DNA of 51,405 bases, counting the filler, from Sphacelaria rigidula (Eukaryota): the NCBI GenBank assembly GCA_964200075.2. It is 4 parts of 4 records of this genome, joined end to end, with 100 filler letters (N's around TTAATTAATTAA, not from the genome) between each part and the next. Parts side by side here need not be neighbours in the genome. Positions count along the whole stretch, not along the records: positions 38,632 to 51,405 come from CAXNAA020003427.1; 3 more parts are not named here. One strand, given 5' to 3'. Shown here in pieces: positions 47,641-51,405 of the stretch (position 1 is the stretch's first letter; each line of letters starts with the position of its first letter). The notes beneath the pieces were generated by a model. That model searched no databases. It was given only the letters and a program-made list of their open reading frames with translations, and was not told where the DNA came from. The position numbers and the translations under genes were made by a program.

Positions 47641-50219
47641 CTTCACATTAAAAAGTCGTTCCGGTATCTGCGCAGTGCTGTATGGGCATCTGACTCGGAC
47701 GTGTTCCGTGGTCACAGGCTACCACCCCATGTTAGGGTAAAAGGAAAATCAGGCAATAAAATCGAACCCACGAAAAATTCACACAGACGCGATACAAGAA
47801 AAACAAAACAAAGCAAAACACTACTGTACACTATAATTCTACTTGTAGTAGCTGGTGCTCCTCTTTTCCTGATGTGTATCATTGGGGGATTTTCTTCTTT
47901 CGATTGAGATAATATGCAATCTACACCTCCCCACTCATGAGGGAATAATTGTTGGAAACAGCGCAATTCGTGGGTCAAAGTAGCTCCCACGCTGAGGCTA
48001 CGTGCAAATGTAAACTATTTTCGAAAAATGTTTTCTTTGCGTTCTCCGTCGTTTTTCTTCCGACAAGAGGGTTCAGTTATTGGGTTATTCGCTAGGGAGT
48101 TGATAGTTAATCATGACTACTACTGTGATGAGCAAAAAAGACGCATGTTCGCAAATGCACCATCGTTTCTCCATCTAGGCACCTTACATCACGGGGAGAA
48201 CCCGAGAAGGTATGGGCACTGTAGATACTGTCGTACCCCACATGACAAGTCGCTCAACGTGCAGGTCACCGTCACCAGACTAACGTCTACCTGTACGGTA
48301 GTTTGCCGTTGGCAGCCGGGAGACGAACCCGCAAAGCATATGCAAAAGAGTGGAATAAGGTGATGACACGATTGACTTGTCAACCTGGTGCTGCAGTGCG
48401 GTAGCGATCAGCCGCTGTAGTACACTGTCGCCCCTCGGTCACCTACTTGCCACTCTCGGTCACTTGGGAGAAAACAATTACTGACTTCTACGTCGCAGCG
48501 GCATGTCGCATTTCGTACGCATCTCAACCTTGAATAGCAGACACTTCTGATGCTTTGGCGGACGGGGGGTGGGGATAAGGGGATGAAGGGGGGGAATAGA
48601 CCTCCTGACGTGGATATTGTTTCGCCGCTTTTCTTGTTCGAAGAATGACTGATGTGGCCTGCACAGCACTGTATTCAATATCTGATATTCGGCCGGTCGG
48701 TGACAGGGTTGCACTTCAACACCAAAATCAAGTAGAGCAGCAGAAACGCCCATATTACCAGGAGACGACCTCTTTCTCGCTCAGTTTTTTTCACGAACAA
48801 TGAAACACCCGGTACTTTCCTTTGTAGCGCACCGTGGGTTGGGTACTTCCCCCTCCTCCTCCCCCTTCCTCTCCCCGCCCGTGTGTTTGCCGTTTATTTG
48901 TTGTGCTGCTACCACAACTGCAGCTTTCTTCCCCGCCTCGACACACCTCCGAAGGTGAAAGGAAGAAGTTGACGAGGCACCGAAGCCGGGGAAATGTTAT
49001 AGGTGTCATACCTCTGCAGCCAGTATGGAGCATATCGGGCGCGTTTCGGTGTTTGACAGTCCTTTTAAGGCACAGTCCCATACATATCGGCACTTTGTTG
49101 TACTCTCTGTACTACACTGACTGTGCTGTTCTGTTGTAGTTCCTCCCGATTGTCGGCGATGGTGACCTGTGAGTATTTTTCTTGTGCGAATTTAATTCTG
49201 AATTTCGGTCACAGGCAAACGGTGCTGATACAGTATGAGCACAGATCCGCTGGACATGGTGGGCATGGGTCACGGCTGGTACGGCTATAACCTGGTGAGC
49301 ATGATTTCCAGTGAAGGGTGGTGATCCAATCAGTGCTGTAGCGTACAAATTCTTTACAGACAGTCGAGTACAAGGTTGTCAGCGAGAATCCTCAGTTGTT
49401 GTTTTGGACCATGACCTTACACTCCAGACACCTACCACGTATTGCGATGCCCTATGCCGCGTCCCTGGCATCAAGTTTTGAAAATATTGTACAATGTGCG
49501 TACTCGTACCTCGTTGCTCAACTCTTTTCAATTTCCGATGAGCGTACAAATGCGCAGCACATGGCGGACGGTCACTTTGGAACATCAATCTCGCGAATCC
49601 TGTGTCGGCATTCTTCAGATCCTTATCTGTGATAGCCCGAGTATGCAATGAACTCGGTCATAGAAGTCGCTCTGCACACGTTTTACTCCGCGGGATGGTT
49701 CGGCAGCAGACACTCGGATTCCACGGCGCTGTCTGTCCCACCCTAACCGCCTTGGGTCCTAAGGAAGAGCGGCGATTCTTCCCGCACAGGATGCAGTCCC
49801 AAACAGGTCCAAAAATTTCAACGAGCGTGACTGAAATACATGACTGAACCACGTTACACCCATACAACATAGCCCGGGCAAACACGCACTGATCTCCACT
49901 GCATAAGTGCGCCACTCCTGGCGCTAGCTCCCAATATTGCACGTCCACATAATTATTTTTTTCGAAAGCCGTCGGGTGTTGGAAGAGGGCCAGCCGTGTA
50001 CGTGCGACAAAACTTGCTGATGATGGAGTCGTCGGCATTTTGTGGGTGCGTTACACGGCGTACAGTAGTGGGCGGTCTAACTATTCACTATCCAGCGGGG
50101 TTTGGGGGTTTTCCTCGCGTACTACTCTTCCATAGAACTCGAAATTGCTAGCGTCGGTAGATTTTGGTACAAGAAACAGATCATCCTAGGAACACAGTGA
50201 TCGGACGAAACGAGTAAAT

Positions 50220-50430
50220 ACCCCGTTCATCAGGAGGGTGTTATTGACAGTGAAACACAACTTTTCGGCTCTAGTGCAATGAGTAGGCAGAATTAAAAAA
50301 ACTAAAACTGTACATTTTTTTTCATACATGATCGGGACAAGCTTGATCGACCGAAAATACCGAAGAGCAAGAATTTTGGGCTGAAACGTCGTAGGACCCC
50401 CGATGACCGGTCAGTCCGTAAGTCACTCAG
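50220..50430. repeat. Dispersed repeat (partner of 34040-34275)
   Basis: ccccgttcatcaggagggtgttattgac...accgaaaataccgaa. Confidence 0.65.
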
Positions 50431-51149
50431 TGTTGAGTACATATGCTTCTTTTTCTTGGAATGTGGAGCGGATATAAACGTCTTCAGATTCTCAATGTGA
50501 TGAGCGGTGGCAAGCGGAAAGAGCCCAAGAAAATCGCCAATTACGAAGAAATAATGAAATGCCTCAAAATGAATAGTTACACCGCCCACTACTGTATGTC
50601 TGACAGAAACCGTAGTGTCTCACTCAGATTTGAACAGGTTTTCCCCTAGAAAAAAAGTCCTTCTCAGTTGATCAATAGCTACGGCCAAAGCTATCGCTAT
50701 CCTGGGAAATGGGGATCTGACTTTCATGTGACCTGATGCCTCAGGTCCGGGCTGTGTGATGGGTGTTTACCACAGCAAGGGTCATTGCGCCGCTTGTTTA
50801 TGTTGCCCTTCATGGCGACCAGCCCCAGAACGTCTTGGAGAACCGCCTGAAAAAATTAAAAATATCTGTTTCCGAAAAGTGCCGCGTCAAGAACAAAGCG
50901 CCGCGCTTCTTTTTCCTGAGTGAGGTGGTATCGCGGCGACCAATGAACGGGCTTCTTGTTCCTTGGTTCCCCTCCCCGGTTATTTTTTGTCTCGAGAAGA
51001 CTCGGCCTCAGACCGCGTGTCATCACATTGCTTTCGTCTCGAAAACCTGTGGTGGAATCGAATTCGCTCGTGCCTGATACGTCCATGAGACCCACTTTTA
51101 TGGCAAACGAATCCCGATTTCTTTGGAATCCGATTTTGAAAAAATCGGG

Positions 51150-51405
51150 GGGACTCAAATTCGTGTACTTAAAATCGGGGTGACCATTTTATGGCACAGA
51201 CAAAACAGTATCACAGATTTGTGACTCGGTTCTGTAGACAGACGGTCATTTTTTGCATGAGTGTGGTACTGCGTTCTCGTGGATGAAGCCGAAGAGCAGG
51301 CAGGCAGTAACCAATCCTTCGAGTACAGTGTCGTACATGATGGCACAGTCGGTATTGCGAGAACAGAGAACAAACAGTGCGCGAGCAGAGTTCAGAAGTG
51401 CAGTG
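51150..51405. repeat. Dispersed repeat (partner of 1540-1860)
   Basis: Colinear with 1540-1860 and runs off the window end. Confidence 0.7.

Noticed and set aside
47431-47907. Poly-Cys, poly-Val and poly-Thr ORFs
   Set aside because: Translations of the (GTT)n microsatellite.

Overview
Eukaryotic, intron-rich and transposon-rich DNA, most consistent with a brown alga or related stramenopile (inferred from gene structure and element types, not proven). It is not one locus. Four pieces of 12,778, 12,777, 12,776 and 12,774 bp are joined by identical 100-nt N44-TTAATTAATTAA-N44 linkers, as expected for size-sorted unplaced contigs, so nothing is syntenic across the joints. Contig 1 (1-12778) holds a decayed tyrosine-recombinase (DIRS/Ngaro-type) gene, an internally deleted chromodomain Ty3/Gypsy element with 258-bp LTRs, MITEs and a ~920-bp fold-back. 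Contig 2 (12879-25655) holds at least 11 phase-compatible exons of a PH-domain plus CaMK-type kinase (CDPK7-like), incomplete at both ends. Contig 3 (25756-38531) holds the 5' part of USP39/Sad1 head-to-head with a spliced nuclear TatB-like gene, plus many MITEs. Contig 4 (38632-51405) holds a two-exon RsmE gene with a probable plastid presequence and unidentified decayed sequence. The most notable signal is two families of short, variably truncated repeats that end in poly(C) rather than poly(A); one copy of each carries an 11-17 bp target-site duplication starting in a C-run.
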